64,000 nucleotides of DNA from Eledone cirrhosa (GCA_964016885.1 OZ024741.1:341868001-341932000), one strand, 5' to 3'. Positions 36,593 through 51,170 are shown, counted from the stretch's first letter. A program made the numbers and translations. Notes: generated from the sequence alone by a model not told the origin.

Positions 36593-38455
36593 CTATTTTG
36601 GTGTTGAAAGTGAAGAAAGAAAAGCACCTACCTCTCCGGGCTGTGTAATTTCCATGGCGTCAGGTGTGTTGGGTGGAGGGATGTTTTGTGGTGGTGTGGG
36701 GGTGCCCGAGTGTGGTGGGGTTGGGGTGTTTGGAGTTGTGTCAGGGAGAGGGGAGGTTATGGGGAAATCTTTCAAGAGGACGCGATTTAACGGTTTTAAA
36801 CAGGGGGGGGGGGGGCTCACGTCCTGTCTAAATTGTTCTTTTAAGGAACGATAAAGGTCCAGAGGGACCTTTATCATTTTTAAATGGGTGAAGTTCTCTG
36901 TTGAGATAAAGTTTGGCCCTTCGGTCTGCACCAAAGGGCTATTGTTTATTAATTTAAACAGTTTTTTGTTTTCTTTATTTATATATGTGTATTGCAATGT
37001 CTTTTTTTGTGATACTGTCAATGTTTCGGAGAGGGGAGGCGCAGATTTATTTTTGTTTGTTGAGGGTGGGGTGTTTTTTATTGGAGTTGGTGTTTGTGTG
37101 TGGGTTATTTGTGGTGTGCTGGGTGTGTGCTTTCTTTTTTTTCTTTTAACTTGTCTGAAGGCTTCTCCTCCTCCTTCTTCTTCAGAAGTTGGGGGAAACT
37201 CTTCAGCGCTAGGTGGGAGGGACGTCGTTTCTGGTTGGTTTTTTTTTGCGGGAGGGGTAGATTTGTTGCTGTTTTTTTTATTATTTGTTTGGAATGCGTT
37301 TTGTGGTGGTGGTGGTGCTGTTTGTGTCGTGCTTGTGGTTGGTAATGGTGGTGGTGGTGTTTGTGTTGGTGATGGTGGTGGTGATTTTTGTGTCGTGCTT
37401 GTGTTTGGTGCTGGTGGTGGTGATGTTTGTGTTGTGCTTGGTGGTGTTTGTATTTTGTTTGCTGTGTGTGGTATTAGTGTATTTTTGGAGGTGGGTGGTG
37501 TTGGTGTACTGTTTGTGATGGGTGTGGGCAATAGTCCTTTTTGGGGGATACGTTTCGGGCAGTTAGCCTTAATGTGTCCCCTTTCCGTGCATAAATAGCA
37601 TGCTGGTCTTCTCCCCTCTACAATTATATCTATTGGGGTGAGCTCATCCAGCCAGATGCGATCCGGGATTTGTGCTATTCTTTCGGGCCTCATTTGGACT
37701 AGTAGGTCGAGGCCCATTCCCAGGAACGCATCTCCGGATGCCTTCCCCATTGACAGCACTGTGTCCTCGCCCATGTCTATGAAGCCAGCAATAGCCCACC
37801 AGAAGTCCATTGTGGGCAGCATTGTTTGTATTTTTACTCTCTGTGTTCTTCTACCCATGTAGGAGGGATAGAAGCTGTATGTTGTCGATGAGAGTGGGCT
37901 TAGGGAAAGCTTCTCCGCCGTTTCCTTGTCTTTTGTTAGGACCGAAATGCTGCCATAGAGTCGGTCCTTTCGTATGAAGAGAATATTCTTCATATAGTCT
38001 TTTAGGACCAACTCTATCTCCATTTGGCTGGGCTGTGCTGGCTTTCTTGTTTGGTTTAGGATTGTTCTTAAGAGAACTGTGTTCTCTGTTCTCGCTTTCT
38101 TGAATTCTGGGGGGGAGTTAATGGAAAACATTCCGTTCTCCCCCAAAACAATGTGTTTCTTTGCTTCGGCCAGTTTTTCTCTGGCGGCCGTTAGGTCAAT
38201 TGGTGTGTATGTAATGGATTGTTTTGTTTTCTGGGCGAAAGTTGCCCTGTTGTTATTTGTATTATTTTCTGTTTGTTTGTTTTCCGTTTGCTCATTTTCC
38301 TTAACATTTGTTTTTTCATTTTCTTTGTTTGTTTCGTTGTCTAATTTTGTTGTAATTATTTTTTGTTCTTCAGACTTGGGGGGCGTGGCAGAGCTAATGG
38401 CAGACATGTCTGCCATCTTTTCCGCCATGCTGCCAAGAACGAAATTTTTCGGCAA
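36593..38455 (-). CDS. ORF1 of Tx1/L1-like element (CCHC zinc knuckle, Pro/Thr-rich tail)
   Basis: Open 620 aa; CYLCTERGHIKANC; RQVKRKKRK. Confidence 0.85.
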   Translation of the reverse strand: MPKNFVLGSMAEKMADMSAISSATPPKSEEQKIITTKLDNETNKENEKTNVKENEQTENKQTENNTNNNRATFAQKTKQSITYTPIDLTAAREKLAEAKKHIVLGENGMFSINSPPEFKKARTENTVLLRTILNQTRKPAQPSQMEIELVLKDYMKNILFIRKDRLYGSISVLTKDKETAEKLSLSPLSSTTYSFYPSYMGRRTQRVKIQTMLPTMDFWWAIAGFIDMGEDTVLSMGKASGDAFLGMGLDLLVQMRPERIAQIPDRIWLDELTPIDIIVEGRRPACYLCTERGHIKANCPKRIPQKGLLPTPITNSTPTPPTSKNTLIPHTANKIQTPPSTTQTSPPPAPNTSTTQKSPPPSPTQTPPPPLPTTSTTQTAPPPPQNAFQTNNKKNSNKSTPPAKKNQPETTSLPPSAEEFPPTSEEEGGGEAFRQVKRKKRKHTPSTPQITHTQTPTPIKNTPPSTNKNKSAPPLSETLTVSQKKTLQYTYINKENKKLFKLINNSPLVQTEGPNFISTENFTHLKMIKVPLDLYRSLKEQFRQDVSPPPPCLKPLNRVLLKDFPITSPLPDTTPNTPTPPHSGTPTPPQNIPPPNTPDAMEITQPGEVGAFLSSLSTPK

Positions 38456-38652
38456 AAATAGATATTTATTTTACCCCCTAAAAAGGGGGTAAATGCAAAA
38501 ATGTTTCCCTAAATAACAGGGGTTAGTGTTCCAAATGTGTTGCACTGAAAAATTTATCCGGTACATACAATAGTAAGGGTAAATCCCGATGGAATAGCGG
38601 AGCCGATGTGAAGCGTGTCTTACTCTATCAAGATAGATAGATAGATAGATAT

Positions 38653-41305
38653 ATTTCTTTATTAGCCACAGGGGCACAAAAGAAGGGGACAAATACAAAG
38701 GGGGAAGTTTACATACAATAAAAACGTGTAAAATGTTATCACAGATGGAATTTAAAAGTTAGTCGATTTTCCCCAATAGAGGGAGACAGTTTATATGGGT
38801 AACACATACCCCCGGAAAAAAATGTGCAACCCTCATCTCCAGGAGTACGAAGAGCTTGTACTCCTTTCCTCTCCTCCTTCTTTTCCTCAACCTACAGGCT
38901 GATATAGAGAGAAGGCCCATTCACTCGGGCCATTCTCGCCACTTTCACCCACCTTTCATAAAACCTCTCTCTCCATCCTGATTCTTCTTCCAAAGTGGTA
39001 TTTGAAAAAAAGAATCAGTTGTTGGCCGGAGAGAAAGGTGTCTGACCTCAGCCCTTTCAACCTTGTCCACCATACAACCTCTTTCGCCATAGCTATCACA
39101 CAAAGGAAAACCGCCTCTCCTTCGTTTTTGAAGGAGGGTGGCGGTTTGATCATGACAATGGACTCGGTGGTCAACTGGATTGGTCCCACCCGCGACAATA
39201 GTCGTTCTACATAGCCCCACAGGTCAGTGACGCCCGGGCAGTGTATGAATGCGTGCGCGACGGTTTCTTCGTCTCGCACGCACCTCGGACAGATCTTTTT
39301 TGCAGGGTCCCTGCCCGGGCGCCCATGTCTGTAGAGCTTGTCTCGAACTGGTAGAGCTCCTCGGTAGCACTGCCAGGCCAGGGACTTTTGGAAGTTGTCC
39401 ATCGGTCCCGGGCGGAAGGTCCTACCGAACAGACTGGCCAGTTCATCTTCCTCTACGCCTAGAGTTTCACCGAGCGCGTCGTCGCACTTGCTGCGGACCA
39501 ACCCTCTATAGAATGACGAAGTGGAGTCTCCACTGATCGCCGGGTCCGCCTGCCAGAGGGCTGTGAGCGCCTGAGCACATTCGATGTGCCAGTCGCCCAT
39601 ATTCCTCGGTCTCTGCTTGACCCAGGACTGCAGCTCGGTCAGCGAGACGAGTCGTGGGAAGGCTCGCCTCACGAACGGGGCCCACACCGGTTGTCCGGTG
39701 AGGAATACGTAGAGATGCCGCAGCCTGAGCGCGTGTTTGCGCATCGTCAACCACGGCATCCCCAGCCCTCCGTTAGAAGGGTGTTGGCAGCAGATGGATC
39801 TTCTCACCAAAGGAGCCCGCCTCTTCCAAAGGAATCGGAAGAGCGCGTGCTCCATTTTGGCGAGCGTTTTGGCTGGACAAGGCACGACGGTCAAGCGGTA
39901 GTAGATGGCGGACGCTATAAAAGTGTTCGCCACCTCCGCTCGACCTTTCAAGGATAGTTTGCACTCGGCCCACTTCTGGGTGAGTGCAAACACCTTGGCC
40001 GTCACTTCGTTCCAGTTCTTCTCCACCTGGAGGTCCGGACCAAACCAGACCCCGAGCAGCTTTACCGGTCCTTCCGTCCAGCGTCCGACGACGCCATCGG
40101 AAGGCATCGGTCTGCCTCTCCACGATCCGAGTTGCAAACCGATGGACTTGTCCCGGTTCAGCTTCGCTCCTGTGAGACTTTCGTATTCCTTTAGTAAGGT
40201 GCCGACTTCCTCGATTTGCGAGGCGCTCGACACCATTACTGTCACGTCGTCGGCGTAGGCCGACGCCGCTTTCCGCAGTTCCGGTTCCAGAGGGATGCCC
40301 TGCAATAGCTCCAGCTTCCGCAGTAGTGGCTCGAGAGTCAGTACGTACAGAAGGGAGGAGAGAGGGCATCCCTGTCGAATGGATCGCGTAATATGGAACG
40401 GCTCCGAGAGGTAACCGTTCACCTTGACCCTTGAGCAGATGTTGCTGTTGTGCATTGCAGCAATCCAGCCCCTGAACACGGGTCCGAAGCCTGCCGCCTC
40501 GAGGACCGCATCCAGGTAACGATGGTCAACCCTATCGAAAGCCTTAGACTGATCCAAGTTGATCAGGGCCCCACCGAAGCCGGGTTTACACCCTACCCTC
40601 TCTATGATGTATCGCATGAGGTGGAGGTTGTCGTGTATGGACCTGGTCGGGATCGCGCATGTCGGCGCTTCTCCCACCAGGTTCTCGACGACAAGCGCCA
40701 GCCTCTTTGCCAACACCTTGGCCAAAATCTGTAATTCTGTGTTTAGCAGAGTTATGGGCCGGAAGTTGCCTATGTCATCCCCCTTATTCTCGTCCTTCCT
40801 GATTAGTGTGACCACGCCCCCGGTTACAGAACTGGGAATTCTCCCGTTCTGTTGCCAGTTGCAGTAGACCGCTTCCAGGAGACCGGAGAATAAGTCCGGC
40901 ATTGCTACGTAAAATTCGTAGGGTAGACCGTCGAGACCTGGAGATTTGCGTTTGCCGCATTGGCTCAGCGCGTCCCCTATCTCAGTGGCTGAAATCGGCT
41001 TTTCGCAGAACTTCGCCTCGCTGTCCGAGAGTCGGGGTAGGCCGTCGAGGTATGGACCGAAATCCATAGCCTCTCCCGGCGCGCCGCTCCCCCCGAACAG
41101 CCGAGCAAAGTGCCGCTGAAAAGCCGCACACATCTGCTTCAGCTCACGTATCACGCGTCCGTTTTGGTCCTTCAAAGACCGAATCGTGGACTTGTTGCCA
41201 CTTTTTGCCTCCGTCACTCGGGCCCAGCTAACAGCTTTGGCTCCCTCGTTTCCCAGAGCACGTATTTTGCTTCTGACAACGCAGCCCTCGTGCTTTGCGG
41301 CGAAC

Positions 41306-41306
<1 letters not shown>
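38653..41306 (-). mobile_element. Second, 5'-truncated Tx1/L1-like element (related subfamily) with open RT frame
   Basis: From [13 protein letters not shown] through RT to CPRC..HC; its 3' (TATC)n abuts the 5' end of the full-length copy. Confidence 0.92.
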
Positions 41307-41354
<48 letters not shown>

Positions 41355-41741
41355 CATATACATATATATATATATACATATATACATATATATATACATA
41401 TATACATATATATATATATGTATATATATATATGTATAGATAGATAGATATATAAATAGATAGATAGCTATACACATATATATATACACACATATATATA
41501 TACACATATAGATATATAGATATATATACACACATATATATATACACATATAGATATATATATATATATACATATAGATATATATATATACATATATATA
41601 TACATATAGATATATATATATACATGTATATATACATATAGATATATATATATACATGTATATATACATATAGATATATATATATACATGTATATATACA
41701 TATAGATAGATATATATACATGTATATATACATATAGATAG

Positions 41742-41808
<67 letters not shown>

Positions 41809-41855
41809 TATATACATATAGATAGATATATACATATATATATACATATAGATAG

Positions 41856-41898
<43 letters not shown>

Positions 41899-41969
41899 TA
41901 TACATATATACATATATATATACATATATACATATATATATACATATAGATACATATATACATATAGAT

Positions 41970-42303
41970 ACATCATCATAATTTTACATCCGCTTTTTCC
42001 TGCTTGCAAGGGTGGGACGGAAACTGATTCTGGCTTGATTTCTACAGCTGGATGCCCTTCCTAACACCAACCTCATTTTACAGTGATTGCTGGGTACTTT
42101 TTTCCGTGGCGCCTACACGTCCACTTTACAGTGTGGGCTGGGTGCTTTTTTTTTTGCCGTAGCACCTCCACGACCACTTTGCAGTAGAATGATATGGACC
42201 CCAGTCCCTATCATCTCATTTCTACAGCTGAGTAAACTGGAGCAATGTGAAATAAAGTGTATTGCTCAAGGAAACAACACATCACCCGGTCTGAGAATTG
42301 AAC
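41970..42303 (-). mobile_element. Chimeric-tail SINE copy (5'-truncated)
   Basis: Reverse complement of 22795-23125. Confidence 0.85.
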
Positions 42304-42859
42304 ATATATACATATATATACATATATACATATACATACATATAGATATATATATATACATACATTTAGATATATATACATACATATAGATATATATACA
42401 TACATATAGATATATATACATACATATAGATATATATACATACATATAGATATATATACATACATATAGATATATATACATACATATAGATATATATACA
42501 CATATAGATATATATACACATACAGATATATATACATATAGATATATATACATATAGATATATATATACGTATAGATATAAAAATACAATATGTAGTAAG
42601 GATAACACACTAGAGGGAGAGAGTGTGTGCCATCAATAAACAGGGAAACCACACTCTCTCCATCTAGTGTGTTATCCTTTCTACATATTGTATTTTGAAG
42701 AGCCCGGGATTCCTTTTCCTTTCAGCACATAATTTACAGGGACTAACGCGAGTCTATGACTCCATTAATATTTACATATAGATATATATACATATATACA
42801 TATAGATATATATACATATATACATATAGATATATATACATACAGATATATATATCCTT

Positions 42860-45410
42860 ATATATAAAATAGAAAAAGTGGAGAATAACATGGTCAACAG
42901 TACAAAAAAGGGGATTTATTTGCAATCTAACAATTGTTTCACTGATAGAGTTGTCTAAAAATTGCTGAACACTAAAAGCAGTGTCACTCAATTTTAAATA
43001 CGATGTTAACTCTATTAGATTATCGGAAACTGTTAAAAAGATATATATGTAACCGGCAAATTTACAAATTCAAATTACATTATCAATAATAATTATTTCT
43101 ACTTTAGGCACAAGGCCAGCAATTACCCAGTGCATTACTGGTACTTTATTTTATCGAATATTGATAATAAAGATATAGAGAGAAAAGGAGGAAGAAAGGG
43201 AGATAGATACAGTAAAGAAATAAAGGAAAGGAAGGAGAAAGAAGAAGAAGGAAAAAGAAAAAGAAAAAGAAAAAGAGAAAGAAGAAAAGGAGAAATTATT
43301 ATAGATAGAAATATAAAGAGAGGAAGATATATAGAAGATGATGGTAGATAGAGGACATACGTAAAATTAACGTAGGATAGAAAGAAGAATAGAGGGACAA
43401 ATAGATGAATAAACGTTAATACATGAATAAATGTAAATAAAAATAAAAATAGATATATGAAAAATATATGAAAAAATATATAAAAAATATATAAAAAATT
43501 AATAAATAAATAAATAAGTTATATCTAATGTGATATAAAATGGTATAAAATGTGAAAAATGAAGAATAAGAATAAATACGTAAAAGGAGTAAAAGGAGTA
43601 AAAATGTGCGAAGAATATTTAAACATTAAAATTATTGAGAATGGTTTTTGAGAATTGTTGAAATATGGAGAGATAATGAGGTGAAAATATGATAATGTTA
43701 AATATATTTATGTGTGTATTGGTTATTTTAATAAATAAATTAATTAATTAGTTTTAAGTTATATTATATGATAAAATAAAATGACAGAGATGAAATAAAT
43801 TTAGGGAGAGAAATATAAAGATAAAGAGTGAAAAATAGAGATATATAAAATAAGAATGTATATATAAGAGGTTTTGATGTTGTTCTTTGATAGATGATGA
43901 TATTTATAATTATAATTATAATGATGGTGATGTTGATAATGTGATATCATAATAGATCCAAGTGGTACAATCTGGGTTATGGAATAGATAAGATGGAATT
44001 AAGCTGGTCTAAATTTCTCAAATTTAGTCGCCGATTTATGTCGACAAAAAGTGTTGTTTTTTTTCAATTTTACTGTTAAGAAGAATTTTGTTGTAATTTA
44101 AAATTTGGAAAAGTTCCATATTACAGAGACCACAGTGGGACATACCAATTTGATAGCTTTGTCCAGCTGATTTTATATTCCATGTTTGCATCTTTAAGTT
44201 GCCAGATTTTATTGGTGAGAGTCGTTGTCTTTGAGAGATTCCTGTTAGTCATAGAGTGTCTATGTACGTACCACCTTTTCTTAAACTCCCCAGCTGTGGA
44301 ACCAATGTAATGCCATGTTAAGCTACCTGAATTTATAGTACATAGGTATACTATATTTGTCTCTAGGCATCTATTTTGTAAAGGGCATTTGTCAGGCAGT
44401 TACATTTAGATGCTTTTCTATGCGCCGGTTCTTCTATATGGTTTTGTAGGTTGCTATGTATGGGCTGAGAATTGGGTTTGTTGATGTATTGTGGTGATGT
44501 GCTCTGACGTGTGTTTGGTTGTGGTGATGTGCTCTGACGTGTGTTTGGTTGTGATGATGTTATATGCTTATGTTTTGTATTAGGTGTTATGGTACTTATT
44601 TGCGGGCCACTTGTATTATAAATTCTTTTATAGTTAATTTTATGTATGTGCGATTCTATGTTGTTGGCAGTGGAGTATGATAGTTTGATAGTTTTTCTAT
44701 TAAATATTTTATGATATTTATGAATTTTAGGGAAATGTTTGTCAACTCATTTGAAGAAAGAGTAAGGGAGCTTAGTTTTTATAGAGGAGTTAAACATTGG
44801 ATTGAATCATAAGTAGTTTCTATTTCTGCATCTTCTATAGTTATTAGTGGTCTTTGTATTAGTATTCTGTTCCTTTAATTTACGTGCTTGTTGCCAATTT
44901 TTATGTTTAGTCCTAGGTTTTTTGTTTCTATAGGTGTGGATGGTGATATTAATATTAAGTGTGTTGTTATTTTTTGTATCTGGTATGTATTTGAGTCTCT
45001 CTTTATGGCCTGCCTTAAGTAAAGCTATGTTGCAGTAGTTAGCGTGTTCATTAAAAATGTCTATATTAGAAGATAGGCGCGAGATTCTAAGGGATATACT
45101 CTGTGCTATGAAGTTAATTATGGATTGAGGGTGATTAGAGTTATAATCAATGTAAGCTAAATTTCCATTATTTTTATGGAAGGGTTCTATTAGTCCTGAG
45201 TTAAGGTTGAACGATACATCTAAGAAGTTAGCTTTTTTAGAGTTGGGTTCAAAAGTGATGTTAAGGCCTAAATTATTAAAGAATTTTCTAATCTTTTTCC
45301 TTAATCTTTCTAAGTTTTGATTATTTAAGTTTTTAGCTAAAAGTAGTGTATCGTATCTATAGATTCCTCCTTGTAGGTTATCAAATTCTCTATGTAAAAA
45401 ATGTGCTATA
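42860..45410 (-). mobile_element. Second Naiad-like Penelope element, 5'-truncated and decayed
   Basis: Manual minus translation: GGIYRYD..KKANFLDVSFNL..YIDYNSNHP..RISRLSS; FNP..DKHFP..KLSYS; CNC..CPLQNRC..IVY..YIGST..CGLC..CRHK. The AT-rich 3' extent is uncertain. Confidence 0.75.
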
Positions 45411-45418
45411 TAAATTAT

Positions 45419-45492
<74 letters not shown>

Positions 45493-46119
45493 TTATTTAT
45501 ATATCCATATATATATATTTATTTATATTTGTATTAATCTCCCGAGTCTTACAATTAACCTATTAATAATTCTATTGACAGATTAATTGCATAAGTTTAT
45601 TTTAAAAATCTACCCAGTTGAGTGCTTATTCGATTTGTGCTATTTATGCAATTTTTTGCATGATATACACATACTGAATTCATTTGCCAAAATCTGGGGT
45701 TTTTTCCCTTGTGAATTACACATGTGCTTTTACAAAGCTCTACGTCATTCACAAACTTGGTACAGAGCAAAATACCTGTTGATAACGTGATATTCCTTGT
45801 TCGATCATTATACCAAAAGCTTATAGTTTTAAGCAGACAGTATTATTGATTTAGGTGTCATAGAAACCCTGCATTTGGATTTTACCATCAATTCCAATGG
45901 GTCGAGGTCTGTTTTTATCATTTATTTTGTTTGACGTGTTTAGCTTGATTTGCTTTTTGGCTTAGGTGGTTAATGCCTTCTTGACCACTTTTTCAGTTTG
46001 TATGGCGTTTTAACATATTGTTTAGCTCTGGTTTTTTAACTATGGAGCGCTTGCCAGCATAACACTGATTTTTGCGTTCCGTTTCACTTTTTCTACCCGC
46101 CGAAATGCGATTCTCGCTG

Positions 46120-47340
<1,221 letters not shown>

Positions 47341-47344
47341 ATAT

Positions 47345-48568
47345 AAACAAATAACGAAACGAAATTAAATTTCGTTTCGTTTGTAACTCACTTTTGTATG
47401 ACTGACGCTTAAACAATTAAGTTAAAAATGTACATCTACATATGCATACTGAAATACTAGTGTGTATATGAATACACACACGTATACATATGTAGGTGTA
47501 CCAAGTCTTTCACTGGTCGCTTTACAGTGAGCGGCCCAGCTATTCTGTATGTAAACACACAGACAAACCGGTTTTTAGAGTCATACTGGTTTTTCGGGGG
47601 AACACCTTCCCCCTATTCTCCAGAAAGCCAGACAAGGAATATTGAACTAGTTTCGTTGTTGTTACAACTCATCAGCAATATTTACCTATCTACCGGCCTT
47701 TCTGGAGAATTGTAAAAGCACATATCGTTATATGCTTTTTCTATGAAAATTAGTAGTGGGCAGACTAATTTGCATAGAGTGTGAGTACGCACCGGTTCAG
47801 CGGAGACGATAAAAACAAATAACGAAACGAAATTAAATTTCGGAGTTACAAACGAAACGAAATTTAATTTCGTTTCGTTATTTGTTTAGGGGGAATAGGG
47901 GGAAGGTGTTCCCCCGAAAAACCAGTATGACTCTAAAAACCGGTTTGTCTGTGTGTTTACATACAGAATAGCTGGGCCGCTCACTGTAAAGCGACCAGTG
48001 AAAGACTTGGTACACCTACATATGTATACGTGTGTGTATTCATATACACACTAGTATTTCAGTATGCATATGTAGATGTACATTTTTAACTTAATTGTTT
48101 AAGCGTCAGTCATACAAAAGTGAGTTACAAACGAAACGAAATTTAATTTCGTTTCGTTATTTGTTTTTATCGTCTCCGCTGAACCGGTGCGTACTCACAC
48201 TCTATGCAAATTAGTCTGCCCACTACTAATTTTCATAGAAAAAGCATATAACGATATGTGCTTTTACAATTCTCCAGAAAGGCCGGTAGATAGGTAAATA
48301 TTGCTGATGAGTTGTAACAACAACGAAACTAGTTCAATATTCCTTGTCTGGCTTTCTGGAGAATAGGGGGAAGGTGTTCCCCCGAAAAACCAGTATGACT
48401 CTAAAAACCGGTTTGTCTGTGTGTTTACATACAGAATAGCTGGGCCGCTCACTGTAAAGCGACCAGTGAAAGACTTGGTACACCTACATATGTATACGTG
48501 TGTGTATTCATATACACACTAGTATTTCAGTATGCATATGTAGATGTACATTTTTAACTTAATTGTTT
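47345..48568. mobile_element. Retrozyme-like 468-bp unit: ~1.07 copies minus joined head-to-head to ~1.45 copies plus
   Basis: Period 468 on both strands (47348/47816; 47893/48361); no coding signal. Confidence 0.8.
48297..48341 (+). ncRNA. Minimal type-I hammerhead ribozyme (identical mirror 47638-47682 minus)
   Basis: AAUAUUG-CUGAUGA-GUUGU aaca ACAAC-GAAAC ua GUU/CAAUAUU; perfect stems I and II. Confidence 0.85.
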
Positions 48569-48626
48569 ATATATATATATATATATCCATATCCATATAT
48601 ATATATATATCCATATATATCCATAT

Positions 48627-48664
<38 letters not shown>

Positions 48665-48720
48665 ATATATATCCATATCCATATATATATATATATATAT
48701 ATATCCATATATATCCATAT

Positions 48721-48760
<40 letters not shown>

Positions 48761-49031
48761 ATATATATATATATATATATCCATATCTATATATATATAT
48801 ATCCATATATATATATATATATATCCATATATATATATCCATATCCATATATATATATATATATATATCCATATATATATATATATATATCCATATATAT
48901 ATATCCATATCCATATATATATATATATATATATATATCCATATATATATATATATATATATCCATATCCATATATATATATATATATATCCATATCCAT
49001 ATATATATATATATATATATCCATATATATA

Positions 49032-50980
49032 TATTGTTATACTTTGGGAGGGTCATGTTGCCAATAAGAAACACACGCACCAGTTGCTTTCACTTCAATT
49101 TATTATAATAAATTTATAAATTTATAAATTTCTGGTTGGTTGGTTGGTTCCACAACCAGATAGTTGTTTATATATTGTCAAAGTTCTTTCGTCACACATT
49201 CTGTGACCTCTTCAGTGACTGGGGATTCTTTTCTTTGTTTGTTTTTGTGCCTCTCCTTTGTTCTGTCCTACGCCATTTTGTTTCTGTGTGTGTGTTGTGT
49301 GCTCAGTCTGCGCATGCTCCACATCCGGGTGTCTGTGTGTGTTTATTTATTTGTTTATTTACATGTTACCGGTTGGTTGTTTGTTCTATGTGTGTGTGTG
49401 TTTTCATTTTGTCCTTAATTGTAAGTTGTGATGTTGCTGTTCCACTCATATTTTCTATTTAATTTTGGTTGTAATTCTTTTATGTTTATTGCCTCTGTGA
49501 TTTGTCTAAACATTGCGTCTTTTCTGTGTGTAGACTCTATTTTTATTTCTATGTTCTCTAATTTACCCTTATGTTCTATTTTAGCATGTTGGTAGAGTAC
49601 AGATGATTCTTTACTATCTTCAAGGTCTCGCCAGTGTTCATTTATCCGTTCCCCTACACTACGAGCTGTCTCACCTATGTACACTATATTTTTTTGTCCT
49701 ACTTAAACTTACCTATAGTAATAATTACCTAGACACATATGACCTTAGCAACCTGTGCCCTACAAGACCAGCAAGAGGCAGAGCACCTACCATTACCTCA
49801 ATGGCCAAGAAAACCCACACAGATAGATGAAACGGGTGGACCAGAGCCATACGGACACCCGAAAACCACGATGAACTAAAGAAAATGATTTCACATGCGA
49901 TAGGGGCCAGCATAAAACTAACCCTTAAGGAACATATGTTCAAATTTAATGGAAAAACATATGCCCAAGAGGAAGGAGCAGCCATTGGTGTTAGCATTGC
50001 AGGCGACATAGCTAACTTATTCATGGTATGGTGGGACAGTAGACTTAAACTTAAAGTTAAAGAACAATTAGAAGACCCCTTAACCCTGATAATGTACTCC
50101 CGCTACGTTGATGATATAAACATCGTAGTTAAGACACCCCCACTAGAGAACAGTCAGGAACTAGAGAAAAACACAATGGAAAGCATCCAGAAAATAGCTA
50201 ACTCCATCCACCAGAGTATTAGAGTTACTATAGACTACCCAAGTAAACACCCCAACCATCGATTACCTGTACTAGACACAGAGCTCTGGTTAGATACCAT
50301 TAATAACAAAAAACAAATCCTCCATTCCCATTATGCCAAACCCATGACTTCCAAACATCTGATCCACCGAAACTCGGCTGTTTCGGACCATACCAAAATC
50401 AACATACTGATTGCGGATTTGGGACGGGTGATGAGAAACGTGTCCCGCATGTGCACCCCCGAAGAACTAGAGAGACACATACAACACTTCATCCACCGTA
50501 TGCAGTTCTCTGGTTACAATCAGAGAGATAGAATCAGAGTGTATAGAGGAGCCAGAACCAAATGGGAAAAAATGGTAAATAATGACACAAATGGGACCTG
50601 CCCCTTGTATAAGAGCAAATTTTGGAATAGAATAGAAAGAACTAGGAATAAGGCTAATAGAATAAACTCATGGTATGATAGCAATAAATACCAGAGTGTA
50701 ATGTTCATCGATACAACCCCTAGAGGTGAATTAGCTTACAAATTTAGAACGGCCCTAGATAAACATAAACTCAATATTAAGATAGTAGAAAGACCAGGTA
50801 CCTCTGTAAAAACACTTATTAGCAAGACATGCCCTTTCCAAAGACCCCCCTGTATAGATAAGAAATGTATAACCTGTAAAATAAACCCCCATATTAACTG
50901 TAAAACTAGAAATGTAGTGTATAGCATAAGATGTACTGAAGGACAATGTAGAGACAAAAATATAGTGTACATAGGTGAGA
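49032..50980 (-). mobile_element. Penelope-like element with 5' inversion: GIY-YIG end plus terminal repeat on minus (49032-~49700), RT inverted on plus (~49720-50980)
   Basis: Plus: GAAIGVSIAGDIANLFM, YSRYVDDI, LPVLD, NVVYSIRC..IVYIGET. Minus: YIGETARSVGERINEH..RQITEAINI..LNRKYEW. Confidence 0.9.
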
Positions 50981-51170
50981 CATTGCTCCAGTTTACTCAC
51001 CTGTATATGGGGTCCCTACCATTCCACTGTAGAGTGGTCGTGGAGGTGCCACGGAAAAAAAGCACCCAGCACTCACTGTAAATGAGGTTGGTGTTAGGAA
51101 GGGCATGCAGCTGTAGAAATCAAGCCAAAATCAGTTCCCGTCCCACCTTTGCAAGCAGGGAAAAGACGGA
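50981..51170 (+). mobile_element. Chimeric-tail SINE fragment
   Basis: ttgctccagtttactca..gtggtcgtggaggtgcc..cagttcccgtcccacctttgcaagc. Confidence 0.8.

Larger units (their letters stand above)
32925..38630 (-). mobile_element. Full-length Tx1/L1-clade non-LTR retrotransposon
   Basis: 5' UTR, ORF1, ORF2 (APE+RT+C-terminal CCHC), 3' UTR with AATAAA, (TATC)n on both sides. Confidence 0.9.

Noticed and set aside
36888-37598. Plus-strand 236-aa ORF and other antisense ORFs over LINEs
   Set aside because: Shadow frames of the Pro/Thr-rich ORF1 or of RT regions
38956-42009. 1017-aa ORF as an intact protein
   Set aside because: First ~235 aa are SINE tail and microsatellite read-through; only 38956-41306 is retrotransposon ORF2. 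The same applies to the N-terminus of 7481-9004
42584-43030. Hammerhead remnants (TTGAAGAGCCC..GGGACTAACGCGAGTC plus; GAAACAATTGTT minus)
   Set aside because: Suggestive, but core bases are missing or stem I is absent; too decayed to call
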